Of a stretch of 64,000 nt of DNA, positions 1 through 14,870 are shown one piece after another. The first letter of the stretch is position 1, and the number at the start of each line of letters is the position of its first letter. Origin of the DNA: the human T2T-CHM13v2.0 reference genome, Homo sapiens; NCBI RefSeq assembly GCF_009914755.1, contig NC_060935.1, one strand, 5' to 3'. The notes under the pieces are model-generated. The model had not been told where the DNA came from, did not search any database, and saw only the letters and a program-made list of their open reading frames with translations. Both the position numbers and the translations under genes were made by a program.

Positions 1-913
1 CAAATGGACCTGGTGATGGTCCAGCAGAAGAGGGCAAGGCTGACCAGTTGGTAGGCTGGTGCTGCTGCTGGTGCTGCTGCATCCGGGCATGCTGCTGACG
101 ATTAGCAGCTATCTGTTTGAGCTGCTGGGCATGGGATACTTCCTGCCAGCTTGGCAAGGCCCGGCTTGCTCCGGAGCCTGTCTGAGGCTGAGCCTGGCTC
201 TGAGGGACTGAAGGGATTGGAGACGAAGTGGAGAGGGCAGAGTTGGCCATGGAGAATGCGGGGCCAGCTGATGGGGGCCTCAGCTGAGGAGAGCCTGAGG
301 GGCCCTGAGTCAAGCCCGGTGAGTATTCACTTTTGATCACTATTTTCTCCATGGGTAAGGAGGGCCTAGGTGTGCTCCTCTGGCTTTGCTGACCCAAGTC
401 AATGTTAAATGGGTCATCCTGCTTTATGGTGGCATTGATCATGTTCTCCAGTTCAAGGTCACTCATGGGAGGCACAGATATGTTGGTCAGTTCATTGAAC
501 AGTTCCTGCAGCTCAGGATCCATCAGTTGTTCTCCAGGGTCGTCTCCGTACCTATTAGGAAAAATATTCTCTTGGGTCATTTGGCCATCCATGTGCTTAC
601 TGCAAGACAGAGTCTCTCCTGGCTCCTTCTTTACCTCCTTTAAGCCCATGTTAAACAGGCCATTGCCAGGAGAATGTGTATGGGATGGCAGAGTGTTAGT
701 CTTTCGCAGGGGTGCTTGGCTCATAGGCAAGGTCCCTGACATAATCTGACTTTGTCCATTGTTTATTTGGAGGCCACCTTGTCCTGCAGAGAGATTCTCC
801 CCAACACGAATTCTTTTGATATCAAGAAATGAGTTGTCCACAAAGCCATTGGGTCGCTTGCTGTTGGCAGGAGATAGGTTAACTACCTGTTTTCTTTTCA
901 AGGAACCCTGGAG
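1..913 (-). CDS. MAML2: MAML2 exon 2, 5' part (continues beyond position 1); Notch transcriptional co-activator
   Basis: The minus strand from 913 reads open to the window edge: LQGSLKRKQVVNLSPANSKRPNGFVDNSFLDIKRIRVGENLSAGQGGLQINNGQSQIMSGTLPMSQAPLRKTNTLPSHTHSPGNGLFNMGLKEVKKEPGETLSCSKHMDGQ...DPELQELFNELTNISVPPMSDLELENMINATIKQDDPFNIDLG...WQEVSHAQQLKQIAANRQQHARMQQHQQQHQPTNWSALPSSAGPSPGPF. I recognise this as MAML2 from about residue 172. It is preceded by a canonical phase-0 acceptor. Confidence 0.96.
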
Positions 914-950
914 CTGAAAGACAGAAGGGAATAAAAAGGAAAAATAAGAA
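914..950 (-). promoter_or_regulatory. MAML2: 3' splice acceptor and polypyrimidine tract of MAML2 intron 1
   Basis: Minus strand ttcttatttttcctttttattcccttctgtctttcag|CTCCAG; the AG is plus-strand CT at 914-915. Confidence 0.93.
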
Positions 951-1659
951 ATATGAATCCAATGATGCTTCTCATAAAAAGTGATGTGATATTTAAATGT
1001 TTCTTCTATTTACACACAAGATTCAGTTTTTTAAAAAAATGGCACAGAGAGAGCACAAATGAAGCACAATCTGGATTATAATAAAACTCTCAGTAGCACA
1101 AACACAACAAAATAAAATATTTCTGGAGGAGCAGGGCAATTAGGTTAGAGATCAGTGGTTCCCATGAGTGGTTCATAGGTCAATGGATACAGATTCCTTC
1201 AAATATCATAAGAAGTTATTCACAGTACCTAAGATTAAAGCATTGTTATTTTCTGGAGCAAGCCAAAATATTCCACATGCATGCACACACAACTCCTCGC
1301 AGCTACAGATGATCAGAGTGTGCACAATTTTAAGCAAGATAGAAAACACGCACAAGTCTAAAGCTGGGAACAAATCTCTAGTTTCTTTTTTTTTCACAGA
1401 CCCAACCCCTTCATCACTATTATCCTCTAAGTAAGTAATTAGAATAGTTCTCAGGCCTAAGGAGATATGCTATTATTGTTCATCTACTTTTCTTCCTATA
1501 ATTCCACTGCTTTGCATCCAAGCCTATGTAGCAACCTTATGTGGACACACAAAAGTCATGAGATGATCATTCCTCATATGAGATACTTTAAGCACTGATT
1601 TTCCTGGGAATTCATTTCTTCTGTTTCCTGTAACTAAATCTCGTTACCAAAACGAAAGT

Positions 1660-1870
1660 GTTAATTGCTTAGGCTCTGGAAGCAGACAAAACTGAGCTCA
1701 AGTGCCAATTCTGTCACTGGGTGCTATGTGACCTCAGCAACTTACCTGAGCCTCAATTTTCTCATCTAGAAAATGGGGACAATAGCGCTTAACTCACAGG
1801 AAGGGATGAGATAATGCATATAAAAGTTTAGAAAGTGCCTGTTACAGTAACAACTCAATAAACAACAATT
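1660..1870 (+). mobile_element. MIR SINE
   Basis: MIR core tgtgacctcagcaacttacctgagcctcaattttctcatctagaaaatggggacaata. Confidence 0.75.
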
Positions 1871-2324
1871 TGTAGAAAAAGTATGGCTTACTACATGCTG
1901 AAAGGGGAGCTTGTCTAAACAGCAACATGTTTAAGTTTTTTTGTGACTGTTAAAGTACTTCATTCACAACCTAGCAATCAGATTATACTTTATGAGCCTT
2001 AAAATTTACAGAGAAAGTCTTAAGGGCCATATAAGCACACTAATACATTAAAAAAGAAACATAAAGCATTCATCATTCGTCCTCATATCCTTGTTGATTT
2101 GTCTCTGAAGTGAGAGACCATATCTACCAAAGTGTGGCTTTCCCAGTGCTGCAGACCCACTGAAATTATTCAATGTTTTCTCAGCATAACTGTAAAATAC
2201 ACGAGGCAAGAAAACATTTCCTAGATAGAAAATTCTATCACTTCTCCTATCTTCTCTTCTCACTTATGGCTGCTCTCTCACCTGCCTGAAGATTTCTAGG
2301 TAGACTAATCAAGAAAAGGAAATT

Positions 2325-2560
2325 AACATAACTGAGTATATATTACATATCAAACACTTGAATATGGTTACTTTATTTCCCTTAATCTGCACAACAATCC
2401 CATTAGAAAGGTATTATTACCCTTAATTTATAAATAAGGAAAGCAATACTCAGAGAGACTAAGTAACTTGCCCAGGGTCACACAGCTAGCAAGTGGGCTT
2501 TAACTCAAAGTTTGTGTGGTTCTAAAGCATATGTCATTTACACTCTAACATGCTCTAATT
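2325..2560 (-). mobile_element. MIR SINE
   Basis: Reverse MIR core ...ctcagagagactaagtaacttgcccagggtcacacagctagcaagtgg. Confidence 0.75.
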
Positions 2561-2799
2561 AGTTTGTTCAGGGCTAGGATCAACCTAGTATAAAGGGGCC
2601 AGGGGCAGTAACTACAGAGACATCCTAGATTTCAGGTAAAATGATGAGGAATATGGGAATGGCCGGGATGCAGTATAGAGCTGAGTGGGAAAAATCTGCT
2701 TTTTGTCATCTGGCTCATCAATATTTGTTTCAATCATCCCTTATTTGTAGTTTTTCTCACTCACAGGTGGTAAATAGTTATGGGGAATGTGTCATGTTG

Positions 2800-3190
2800 G
2801 TACAACAGATTATAACCTTATATCATTGCTGATTGGTAATCAGAGAAAGGAACCTGACCCAAGGCAGGGCAATTACTCCCTTCCATGGGAATTTTGGATT
2901 TGGAGAAAGTGAGACCAGGCTCTCTTTAGGTGGCTGTATCTACAGAACTTGTGAGCTGTTGTTCCATTGTGTTAACTAGAGCCATAGAGGAAGCAAATCT
3001 GTAGAAAGAGAGAAAAATGAAGCAGAGGAGAGACACGTTTTAATACCATTCGGGGGCTTGTTTCCAATCCCAGGTCAGCTCTGCTTGTTTTCTTTGATAC
3101 ATTATGGAATCTTTATAATGAATTTCCCTATTGCTTAAGCTAATACAAATTGGGCATCTGTTACTTTCAACAAAGAGTTCTAACCAAGTT
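2800..3190 (+). mobile_element. Old MaLR LTR (MLT1J/K/L-like), diverged
   Basis: ctgacccaagg...gaattttgg...; typical MLT1 3' end ttgcttaagctaatacaaattgggcatctgttactttcaacaaagagttctaac. Confidence 0.55.
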
Positions 3191-3714
3191 GCCTGAGACT
3201 TCACATTTAGTGATGAACAATTTGCAGCAAGGGGCTAGGCATGCTTTGTACCTGGGTGTGAAGCTTCCCCTCTCCCCACATCTCTGCTGTCTCTGCATGA
3301 TTTGCTGACTCCTAATCTTGTCCACTCACTGGTGTAGACATCATCACAGAACATGGTCAGCTATCACCACATCCAGCAGAAACTCAGAGTTACCACTGTC
3401 TATCCTCATGGGGTCAGGAAGAACACAGACCAGAGAGAGTCAGCCATGTTGCTTCTGATTTATTTCAGCATAAATTGCATTTTGAAGGTTCTTTCACAAC
3501 TAGGAAAGAACAAACAAAGGAGTACATTCTTTTTCCGAATTTGGGTTATCACCTTTGATTTATTTTCCACTGCTTTGAAAAAACCTGTTCAGCCAGATTC
3601 TCTCACTGCTCTGGCCACTCCCTGGGCAGTGCAGTATGCGCTCTGGGAAACAGCACTCACACTTTCTTTAGGCTATGAGGAGTGTAGAGACAGTAATAGA
3701 ATTAGTGATAATTG

Positions 3715-3975
3715 TATAATAATGAGTCATTTATTGAAGGTCTGCATGTGAGACATCGTACTAAGCACTTTATGTGGATAATCTTATTTAACTCTCACAA
3801 CTCTCAGAATCTTCACAACTCTATATAAAGTTGATATTATTTCTTCCCCTCCCCGCTTTTGCAGATGAGAAAACAGGTTTAGAGGTTGAGTATCTTTTCA
3901 AAGGACAGACAGAGTAAGCAATGAAGTCAGGAATCAAACCACACATTCCCACTGCACAGCCTGTGCTCTGTAGTA
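3715..3975 (-). mobile_element. MIR SINE
   Basis: catttattgaagg...ctaagcactttatgtggataatctt...ttttgcagatgagaaaacagg. Confidence 0.7.
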
Positions 3976-4942
3976 AGTGACACCCTAGGCCCTGACAGAG
4001 GTAAATGGTACCTACACCTGTGTCTTCAGGAAGCCAGGGATCTCGTCCCGATTCTTCCATTAATTTGTTTTGTTACTTTAGGGAAAATACTCAACTTTTC
4101 TGGGCCACAGTTTTCTTCTCCTTTATAAATGGGATTATCTCTGAGATCATTATCCTGCCCAAAGCCAGAAAATAACAAGCACTAAAGGAGGGAAGTTTGT
4201 GTTCCAGGCACTATGTGTGGTGGTGTAAGGTCACCACCAAGCACAGCTGGAGGGATTCCTTAAGATGGGGGACAGAAGAAGTCATGTGTGATTCCATTAG
4301 GATAAAAGACACCCATCAAAACTTCACTGGGCATGATACTTTACCAAGAGAATTTTGGGGATAGGCTGTGCCCTGCCTTCTAGAAGTTTTTAATCTAGTT
4401 ATATCACCGAGGCCCACTGAATGCCTACATGCAGTAGGCACCAAGCTACTGGCACCAGCACCATACAATCTAAATGATTCTCAAGGATCACTTTTTGCTT
4501 TGAAATATCTCCTTTGCTGGACTAAAATTCTTTCATTAGATACATGGTTTGAATTATGGTATAGAGTCTCTCAAGATGCAAATACTCCAGAAGCAACAGA
4601 GGAGGAAAACAGTCAATAATACCTCAAGGACAAATAGCTTATGAGAAAATTCAAAGCCAACTTACCAGAACAAGAATAAAGCTCTAAGGGAACAAGACCT
4701 AACCAGGGGAATGGTAGAGAATAAAGGCAAGGGTTTAAATAGAGAAGGATGGGGGCAGGACTATGGGAGTTGGGAGCTCCACACTGTGGACCTTTCGGGT
4801 GGCTGGAAGAAAAGAGAAGGGAGAAAGGAGAAGTATTAGGGTAGTAATATCCTGAGGGGCTGCAGGGCCTGAATCTTCCAGAAAACAGTTAATGATACTG
4901 GAAAGGTAAAGGGAAGGATCTCCAAAACAAATCTTTCACCCA

Positions 4943-5160
4943 AGGGCTGACCTACCAATTAGGCATGGGACACACAGTGCCCAGGGCTCACAACAGTTAT
5001 AGAACAGAAGGAAAAAAATAAGATTTTAGGTTAAAGAACTGTTTCAAAATATATTAATTTATCTTTTTGCCAACACGGTCATAAAATATAATTTTTAATA
5101 TTTTTTAAGGAATAAGGGGCTTCAAAGGCAAGGGTACCTATGTTCTATGAAAGCCTCTCA
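4943..5160. mobile_element. hAT-Tip100 non-autonomous DNA transposon (ORSL-like)
   Basis: taggcatgggacacacagtgcccagggctcac...ccaacacggtcataaaatataatttttaatatttttt...ggggcttcaaaggcaagggtaccta resembles the remembered ORSL consensus. Confidence 0.5.
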
Positions 5161-7197
5161 CCTCTTAACTATTGTATACTGAAGGCTTATTCTAGGCAGG
5201 CACTCTGTGGTGTAAGTCCTTGTTTAATCTCATGGCTCTCTGAGGCTTGTGTTCTTATATACCCATTTCATAAGTGAAAAAATTGAGGTTCCTGACATTA
5301 AGATTACACAGTAAAGATATGGAGGCAGGATGCCAGCCCAGACATGTCTCGTTCCAAAGTCCTAATTCTGAACCACTAGCCATACTGCTGTCTTCCCTTT
5401 CGGCCTCTACCTTGCCAAATGCTGACAGTGTGCTGGACACAGATAGCCCAGACAGCCAAGACAAAAGTCCAATAGAATGAAGATGCCTTGTGAGCACAGG
5501 GCAGAGGTAAAGGCATTCGGGACACAGGGGGTTGGATGGCAAGGAGAGAATGATGACATCACTGGTGGGAGGTTGATGGTGAAAGTTCAGGCCATCACTC
5601 CTGAGGCTCCAATATAGGAGAGGAAAGAGACAAAGGTCATTCGGTCAGTCAAAAAGATTTACTAAGCACCAGAGAGAGTTCTGAACCATATCCTATCAAA
5701 TCATCCCTGGCATGAGGGAAAATATGCAGATGATTAAGCCAGCAGCAGGATGTAAAGGCTTCCAATCAGCACTACACTCAATCTTTGCACTTTTCCCACT
5801 ACCTAGGTGGGTGAGAAGCATTTTTTATTTTGCATGATAAATCTGTGCCCCACAATTACGTTTAATTCATGAGACTGTGCATTTAATATCACCCTTTCAC
5901 TGGCCATCCGAGGAAGGGGCTTGTTTTGGGAATGATTTTCAACAAGGGAAGTCCAGTCTGGTTTGCAGATGACACAGAAATCACTGTACTTTCTTTTGCT
6001 GAGATCCAGCAAACTGTTTCTTTTCACTCCCGTCCTTGTTCTCATTCTTCCATTTGGACACCTAGATGCTATTTGAGGCCTGCGGTCTCTGCTGGGGAAA
6101 GGCATAGGCCTGTCCGGGGCAGGGTTCCAGACACAGTAGCCTGCCTGCCCCAACAGCTGGGGTTGAAGGTATGAGAACGCCTAGGAACAAGGAAAATCCT
6201 GCACAGCAGAACTGGGGCTGGGGTCCTCAGTAAACTGCTTCTTTTTAAGTAGCTATGCTTCACTTTTCCAAAAGACTTGAAACATAAACTTTCTGGAGGG
6301 ATTTGAAAATGCCATTATTGCACAATCCTCTGGTTTCTGTTTCTTCCCCTGCCCCCATCCCTTTCCACAAAATAAATGCATTCTTTGTCTCCGGTGCTGC
6401 CCTAGAAACAGGGAATGTGCCACACAAAGGTAACAATTCAGTCCATAGGTCACTTTTTTTCACCCCAGGTAGACTTCTGTCTTTCTCAACCAGGCATAAA
6501 CACAAGAACCAAATCTGCCACTGCCTACATACTCAAGGGAATATCTTGGTTCCATCATCTGCAAACTTTCCTCGGGCTATTTTACTCATGGCTGATTAGA
6601 GATAGGACTGGGGATAGATAACATTAGAAAGAGACCAATCCGAAAGCTAATATATGACTCTTGATTTGATTCTTGAAGTAAAAATGTTTAGGATCCAGGA
6701 ATAGTAAATTCTAGCTCCTCAAGTACTTGGAGGTGAGAGTAATTCCTTTCTGCCTTTCCAGTCCTAGCACAAAATAGGTTTGTCAGGCTTTTTACTAAAC
6801 ACAGAAAGAATCTTCACTTCTTATTTGGCCCTACCAAGATCTGAGCTTCCTTGTATTACTAGATATTATTTTATGGCCACACAGTAATTAGGTTTGCCCA
6901 ACCAGATTTTAAGCTCTTTGAGGGTGGGCATTCATTGCCTTATACTTCTCCAAGTTTCTTTCAGTACCTACCACAATGCTGGGCATATTCTAGGTGTTTT
7001 AATAATTATTCGTTGACCTCAGTGCCTGGGAAACGGGATCCTTCTAACTATTGAGTGGGAGCAGTAAAACAATGCTAAAAAGGAGGTTGTGGGTTGTGGG
7101 GAATATTTTCATACCAAATTCACAAGCAAATTAATGGTTCCACCAGAATTTTGCTTCAGTGATTATTTACCTTTTGTTTTTACTTTTTTAAAGACAT

Positions 7198-7334
7198 TTT
7201 TATACATTTTTTAGTAGAGATGCAGTACTGCCATGTTGCCCAGGCTGGTCTTGAACTCCTGGGCTCTAGCAATCCTCCTGCTTCAGCCTCCCAAAGGTTA
7301 TAGAGATTACAAGCATGAGCCACCATACTTGCCC
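7198..7334 (-). mobile_element. Alu left monomer (FLAM-like)
   Basis: ttagtagagatg...gttgcccaggctggtcttgaactcctgggct...gattacaagcatgagccacc. Confidence 0.8.
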
Positions 7335-7592
7335 ATTGATTATTTTCCTTTAAACTCTGAAGTCACGAGAATGTGAAGCCCTGAGAACCGGAACTGTGAA
7401 GAAAATGTATTGTCACTCATGTGAACCAGAAGTGAAGGGGTGTATGAAGCTTTGTGATGGACACAAAGTGTTGTTGCCCCTCCTGATGGGACTGCAAAGC
7501 TGGGATGCAAGTTGAAGCCCCATCTGGACTTCATGCCCTTCCTGGGTGAAAGCACTGGAGCAGACATGGAGCCAGGGCATGCTTCCTTATGA

Positions 7593-8018
<426 letters not shown>

Positions 8019-8127
8019 TAGTGTAAGGGTCAGAGGAGGCATATTAGATCTTTCTAGAAAATTTGTTCCATAACTTTGTTCCATAAGGTTTGGACCCTGA
8101 GAAATGTTACTAGTTTAGTCAAAATAG

Positions 8128-8438
<311 letters not shown>

Positions 8439-9387
8439 CAAAATAGCTACTCTTTATGAAGCCCAAGATAAAGCTTTATATAGAAGCAGGAGCAATGCAA
8501 ATTCAGGTTCTATATAGAGAAAAGAAGTCAACATACTGCCCTTCTGAAGGTACTCAATACCAAGCTCTCCTGTATTCAAAATTTATTTGATGCCTTCCCC
8601 ACCTCCCCTTTCTTAGATTTAATGGTTGGCTTGTGGAAGAGTAACTCAACGACTTGGAATTTGCCTCGGAAACACTCTTCATTACAGGGCAGAAAAAAGG
8701 CATTTCATGATAGCATTTTGTCAGCGTGGACACTTCCATCACTTCCCTGTGGAGAATGTTCCAAGTTTATCTTTAACCAACAAAATAGTCATTGAGGAGA
8801 AAGGGAAGGGAACCAGTACAACACTACCTCGGAGAGGCAGACATCTTCTCTTATCAAGACAAATGGGAAGCTGTGGGATCTAGAAAGAGCACAAGACTCA
8901 ACTGCCAATAAACCTGGGTTCCAAATGCTTCTCTGTTCCTACTTACTGTACAAGTCTAAACTAGTCACTTACCTTACCTGTATGATATGGACAATAATAC
9001 CCCATGTCTCAGGGTTTTAGTGGGGCTTAGCAACACACATGTAAAGCACCAGCATTATTCCAAGCTCAAAGCAGAGCTCTATCACCGGCAGCTCTTTTTC
9101 AGTCAGAGAGATGAACTTGAACCTTAGGCTGGTCTGACACTTCCCACTGTCATCCTGACTATCCTATGGACAAGGCATGTGCTAGAAAAAGAGAAAATGA
9201 AGGTAACAAAACCAGATTTTTTTCTCCTCATCTGTAACATTGAATTTGTTTACCCATTCATTCAACAGATACTTATTTAGCACCAGCTGTATATTCTATA
9301 AGGGTGCCTACATCATAGGTTAATGCAAGAACCATGTAGCTAAAGCTCAAAAAGAGCTCAGAACATTGCTCTTAAAATACTGTTTTC

Positions 9388-9712
<325 letters not shown>

Positions 9713-11129
9713 TTAACGTTAGAATTAACAAAAAGAAACAAACAAAAAGGAATTTACCAGTCTGTCTGGAAACATAGTGAAAAATAGTAATACAGTATGA
9801 TCATTGTTCTGGAGACTTGAGCATGGCCTTATTGTTGTAGATGGGAGAGACTCTGCCTAAGAAAGCTAGAAAAGGAATCCCACTCCCTTATAATGAAGTA
9901 CCCCTCAAATATTCAAATGAATATCATGTTTCATATTATGATATTCTGTTAGTGGCAGTGTAAACAAAACTTGTTGTCCAGCAACAAGGGGATGTTTATA
10001 TTAAATTAAAAAGTTCAAAGTAGAGTTATTTTCCCATGTAGTCTACTACATTAAACAATATCATTCTAGATCCATTCAGTGATAACCAATAGGATGACCC
10101 TACTGACTATATCCTTAGTCATCCTGACTAGTTACTGCAATTGTTATAAAGCAAGGATCTGAGGGGACATTCAGAGATGGACCCTTTGTGTTTAACAGAG
10201 AAATGCACATAATATTCTGTAAAAGCCTGAAAAATCCAGCTGCTTTGTGCATGAAATACTTTAACCATGACTCACTTTTTGCCCAAAATATATCGAAGCA
10301 AATCCAAAGTAAATGCTATGTCTAAAATGTTTGCAATTCTCATGAAATCTCTAAATGCCCTCCTCAGCAGAATTTACGATGCATTAAGTATCATTAATCA
10401 AGTGGCTTCTCTCTCTCCTTTTGCTTGGAGGGCCCAGTCTGGAAAGCTTTCTCTAAAGGGCATACCTCAAGGTCCATCCTACTTTCCCTCATATTTTTTC
10501 TCCCTGCTTTAATGATTTTAGCACTTTCTGTCTTATATTGTTCTTGGTAATTGATTCAGGTCTGTAAGTTTTTCACTTCAGTATGATTATAGAAGCCAAC
10601 AGAAGAGACAGTATCTTGTACTTCTCATCCACTCCCACATGCCCCTCCAAACTCTATTCCAGGAAAGTGCTCAATGACTGCCTGACAATGTGACTTATCA
10701 GGCACCTAGTGGCCTGGGAACATCAGATGAGTCAGTTTATGGAGCATCTATGTTTCTCTGCCATTGGCCATGAACCATGCCCCCTTTATAAGCCATATAG
10801 CTGATTCTTAGCAACTCTTTGTCCAACTGTAGAGGGACCACTTTAAATATCAGCAAATCCCATATGGCAGGGAGAGTGCCCTAACAGTGTTCGAGGGTTG
10901 TTTATTCATTATTTTCGGGTTTGTACTTGGCTACCAAAAAGGTCCCTTCTTTTTGGGAAATAATATGAAACACAGCCATCCCTAACCTCATGGCAGCATT
11001 TCTCCCTTCATCTTCAGTGGTTTACCCAACACCAATGGGTATGAAAGGCCCCTATCCTGTCCTTCCCTGTCTGTTTCTCTCAGGTCACATTCTTCATTCT
11101 TCTTCAGGCTCCTTCTGCTTTAAGCGCGG

Positions 11130-11700
11130 TAAGCAATCAAGTATTCTCCATCTACATTCAGTGACTCTGACCCCACATCTCGCCTCTCTCTGCCCCACTG
11201 TGTTCTCTGGATAGCAACAAAAGGGATCTCCTTCTCAACCCAAACTCCAGCTACACTACTTTTTTGTTTGTTTGTTTTTCATTCTAAGAACACAAAAGAT
11301 CATTTCCGTTTCGGATGCAGGCCTTTTGCATATACTGTTTCCTCTCACCGGATATGCTCTGCCTTCATGTAACTCTTCCTTCTCCTATCATAGTTAGCTC
11401 CTTCTTTTCCTTAAGTCTCGACTTAATGTGACCCTCACAGAGATATTCCATGGCCATTCCATCTAAAGTACATGTTCATGTTTGTTTTCCATCTCTTGTT
11501 TCCTTTACAGTACCTACTATAATTTCCAAATATTTTTATTAATTAGCTTCCAATTTTTAAGTCTGTCTCCACATGTTATAAAATAAACCCTAGAAAGGGA
11601 AGCCTGAGTCACATTTGTCTTGTTGACCACTGTATCTCATTCTTAATATAATCCAAATAAATATAAAATAAAAAAGATTATTTAAAGCAAATAAAAATGT
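11130..11700 (+). mobile_element. L2 LINE 3' fragment
   Basis: ggccttttgcatatactgtttcctctc...gacttaatgtgaccctcacagag...ttgtcttgttgaccactgtatctc. Confidence 0.65.
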
Positions 11701-11844
11701 GTAGAAGAAAACACGTCGAGATGCTGAAGTACTTTCCGATGGTGGCATGATGATAAATTTTTCTCTTCTACTTTGCTCATATGTCTGTGCCAATTTTTCT
11801 ACATTGAACATATATTAATTAAATAACTAAGACTGAAATGAACA

Positions 11845-12433
11845 TTTATTGAATACATCTGCCCTTGCTAACTCCCCTTCTCTGATAATCTGACCCCACA
11901 TTTCCTAGTAGAGGGAGCCTGAAGTGGAACATTTCATTTGTCCCAGCAGACTGGATCAAAGTAGACAGTTGACTCAAGCTGACCCTTTTAAATGCTCTTC
12001 TAGTAATCCAGAACTGAAACAAGGTCTTTTTAACAGTATCTGTAGGCATTTGAATTAAGAGATATGGAAGGCTGCCTATATTGTAGTCATTCTCAGCCGT
12101 GCACAGCAACAGACAGGGAAAGCAAGTCTAAAGAGATAAGAGAATAAAACTCCTGCACAAGGAGAAGCTAGAATGAGAAACTAGATTGAAAGAAGGAGAA
12201 GGGGAGAGGAAGAAGTGAAGAGGGAGAGGGGCAATGAAAGGGGGAGGGAGAAAAATATCCTGAAAACTTTCCAATTCCTAATTCCAGAACTTTGGGAGAC
12301 TCAATTATATCTGCTACAGTAGAAACAACCCATAACCTTCCAATAAATCTCCCCCTCTCCCAATTTTCTTTTTTGCTTGAGATACTTCAAGAGGGCTTTT
12401 ATTAGCTGCAGCAAATAATTCCCAACTAAAACA
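11845..12433 (+). mobile_element. Old MaLR LTR (MLT1K/L-like)
   Basis: ccaataaatctcccc...ttttgcttgagatacttcaagagggcttttattagctgcagcaaataattcccaactaaaaca 3' end. Confidence 0.55.
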
Positions 12434-14619
12434 AAGAATAAAACCAATAATCACACTCAATAAAGTTTTCATAAGATAAATTCATATTTTTCTTGATTAA
12501 TTAAAGTTGAAATGCTGGAAAGAGGCCAAATGGACACATTTATTTTGGTTTCTCTTTCAACTTTCCACGTGTGGTCATTAATCCCACTCTTCCACATCTT
12601 TTATGAAAGAAGAGCATTATGAATGAAGACTGAGAGGTGCCGTTCCATGACAGCAGAATTCCAACAGCATGTCTATTGTTTCCACATCTCTCTCCATGGC
12701 ATTCCCAGGGGAGGTCTGGAGATTACATCTCCACCAATTCTCCCCTCAATGCACAAAAGCATTCTGAAAGTAAAACTTCAATCTGAATCATGTTTGGACA
12801 ACCCAGGACTGCAATGTGTTAACTGGTTTGGATACAATCACCTGGAGACACAGGTAGGGTGATCAGACATTTTAAGAGGTCCCTGCAATTTCAGGCTCAT
12901 CTTTAACTCCATTACAAAGGAATGTTAAGCAGCATTTAGAAGGTAGTTTGGCAAAGTACCTGAAAGCAACAAACAGCTTCTTTGATGTTCTTGGCATTGA
13001 TGTCATCATTCTTTTGAAAGTTTTGAAGAAATATTTTTCTTATAGCAACTGTATCTAGGCTCAATATAAAGTGTTGATATGTGTTTTCTCTGGGCTAATG
13101 TTAGCCTGAGTAACTATGAACCATTTAGACAGATACTCTCTTAGAAGGTACCTCAACTTTCACTCCAGTCTATGTTTATTTTCACATCAAAGATACATCT
13201 AAGGGGAAATTGCCTAACTAGCTCTATGAAATATGAAGAAGTTTACTAAGATATTTGGTTATAATGGAAAAAAAAAAACCAAAACCTACACTCCAGGCAA
13301 TTTAAGCCTTTCATGCCTGGAAATGAGAATTTGTAATGGCTGATAGAAAAGGTCCTTTGCTTTCTATAAGGCCTGAATGCAGACTTTTTTAACCAGGCAT
13401 TAAAATCCCACTACTTGCCACTTATGGAAAATGTTTCTTGATTATTTAAATGACGTTAGGATGGAGGACAATAAAGCCTTTATATTGTTTGCAGTTCAAC
13501 TCTTCTTTGAAGCAATGTCCTATAGCAATACAATGCCCTCACTTTGATCTGACTTGCTCAGCTCAGTAATTATATGACTGAGATGAATTCTCCACCTGAC
13601 AGATTCTAATTCTTCATGTGTGGCCATATTCTTTGAAGAGAAAAAAATACCACCTCACCTATATTGAAAAATAAAACTTTTGGCAGGTCAAAATTGTGAA
13701 TCAATGGTAATTCTCTTTGTCAAAGCAGTAAGCCCTCTTCATTTGATGAGAATCACTGTTTCTCAGAACACGCTTATGAATTTCTTGAAGCTTATCTTTA
13801 AACAAGAATATGTTACAGTTCCTTTCTATGAATTCATCATCTTAAAGGAGAGACAGCAGAGTACACTAACCTGGTCCTTGGGTATCTGCTAACTGACTGC
13901 CCCTGATTAGAAGGAAATATCCACCCATTCTGAATGGGCATGAGATAATCAGACACTTCAAGGACCTCATTCTGTATCATTCCTTAAAGAACACTTTACA
14001 GTGTTGCTTGAGTCTGCTTAAAATTTCAAAAGCACAGCCTTAACTCAGTGAGTCCCTAATCCTTGAAAATATTACTGCTGTTTATTTCATTTGCCTTTCA
14101 GACACAATGCAGGACAGATTTAAACAGAGAAAGCTCACCAGCTACAGCCTTGTAAATTGCTTTTAATCCAAGATGTCAGCAGGATTGATGCCACTGGGAC
14201 TTAACTCCCCCCTACCCAAAACATACATTTCTTCGCTGTACCTGCCTCATGATTAATATCTTGTATCCACTCGTTAGATTGCTAGCTAGAGGATAAAGTG
14301 CTTCCTTACACATGACCACTTCGCTGCATTTGTCAAGACTCTAAACATACCATTGTAACTATGAAAAGAGTCCTTTTTTTTTTTTTTTTTTTTTTTTTGA
14401 CCAGTGTATTTTCTTCACTGGCCTCAAATCTCAGCTCAAAACTCACTCCTCAGAGCCTAATTCTGATCACTGCTCTATTATTTGTGCCCCTGAAAGCCAT
14501 TCTGTTCATGGTTTGATTTCTTTGTGTATTTCATGTTTTTGGCTTGTAACTGTTATTATGTCTTTTGCAGTCCCCCGGCAAGATTATAAACACCATTTTG
14601 TGTCTCCTATTATCTTTTG

Positions 14620-14870
14620 AGGCAATATATTGTAGTGGTTAAGAGCCCAAGCTTTGGCATCAGAGATCTGAATTTAAGTCCTTGTTCTGTCTTCTATGAG
14701 ATAGGAGCTTTGGGGGTAGTTTATGTAATCTCTCTGGGCCTCAGTCTCCTCCTCTGAATAATGGGGTTAATAGTTCCAATTCAGTGGTTGTAGTGAGTCT
14801 CAAATAAGATAATGTCTATAAAGTCTGTAACTCAAAATGTGACCAATAATAAATGTTTAATAAATGCTAG
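14620..14870 (+). mobile_element. MIR SINE interrupted at its 3' end by MER21
   Basis: tgtagtggttaagagcccaagctttggcatcaga...ctctctgggcctcagtctcctcctctgaataatgggg. Confidence 0.75.

Noticed and set aside
151-749. Plus-strand ORFs 151-336, 386-643 and 402-749
   Set aside because: Antisense shadows of the MAML2 coding exon; no independent support.
1907-1932. p53/p63-like half-sites (GAGCTTGTCT...CAACATGTTT; also 60243-60262)
   Set aside because: Spacer or mismatches make them weak; no other support.
14374-14398. Orphan T25 run (A25 on the MAML2 strand)
   Set aside because: No attached retrocopy body or TSD; simple homopolymer and a likely oligo-dT internal-priming artefact site.
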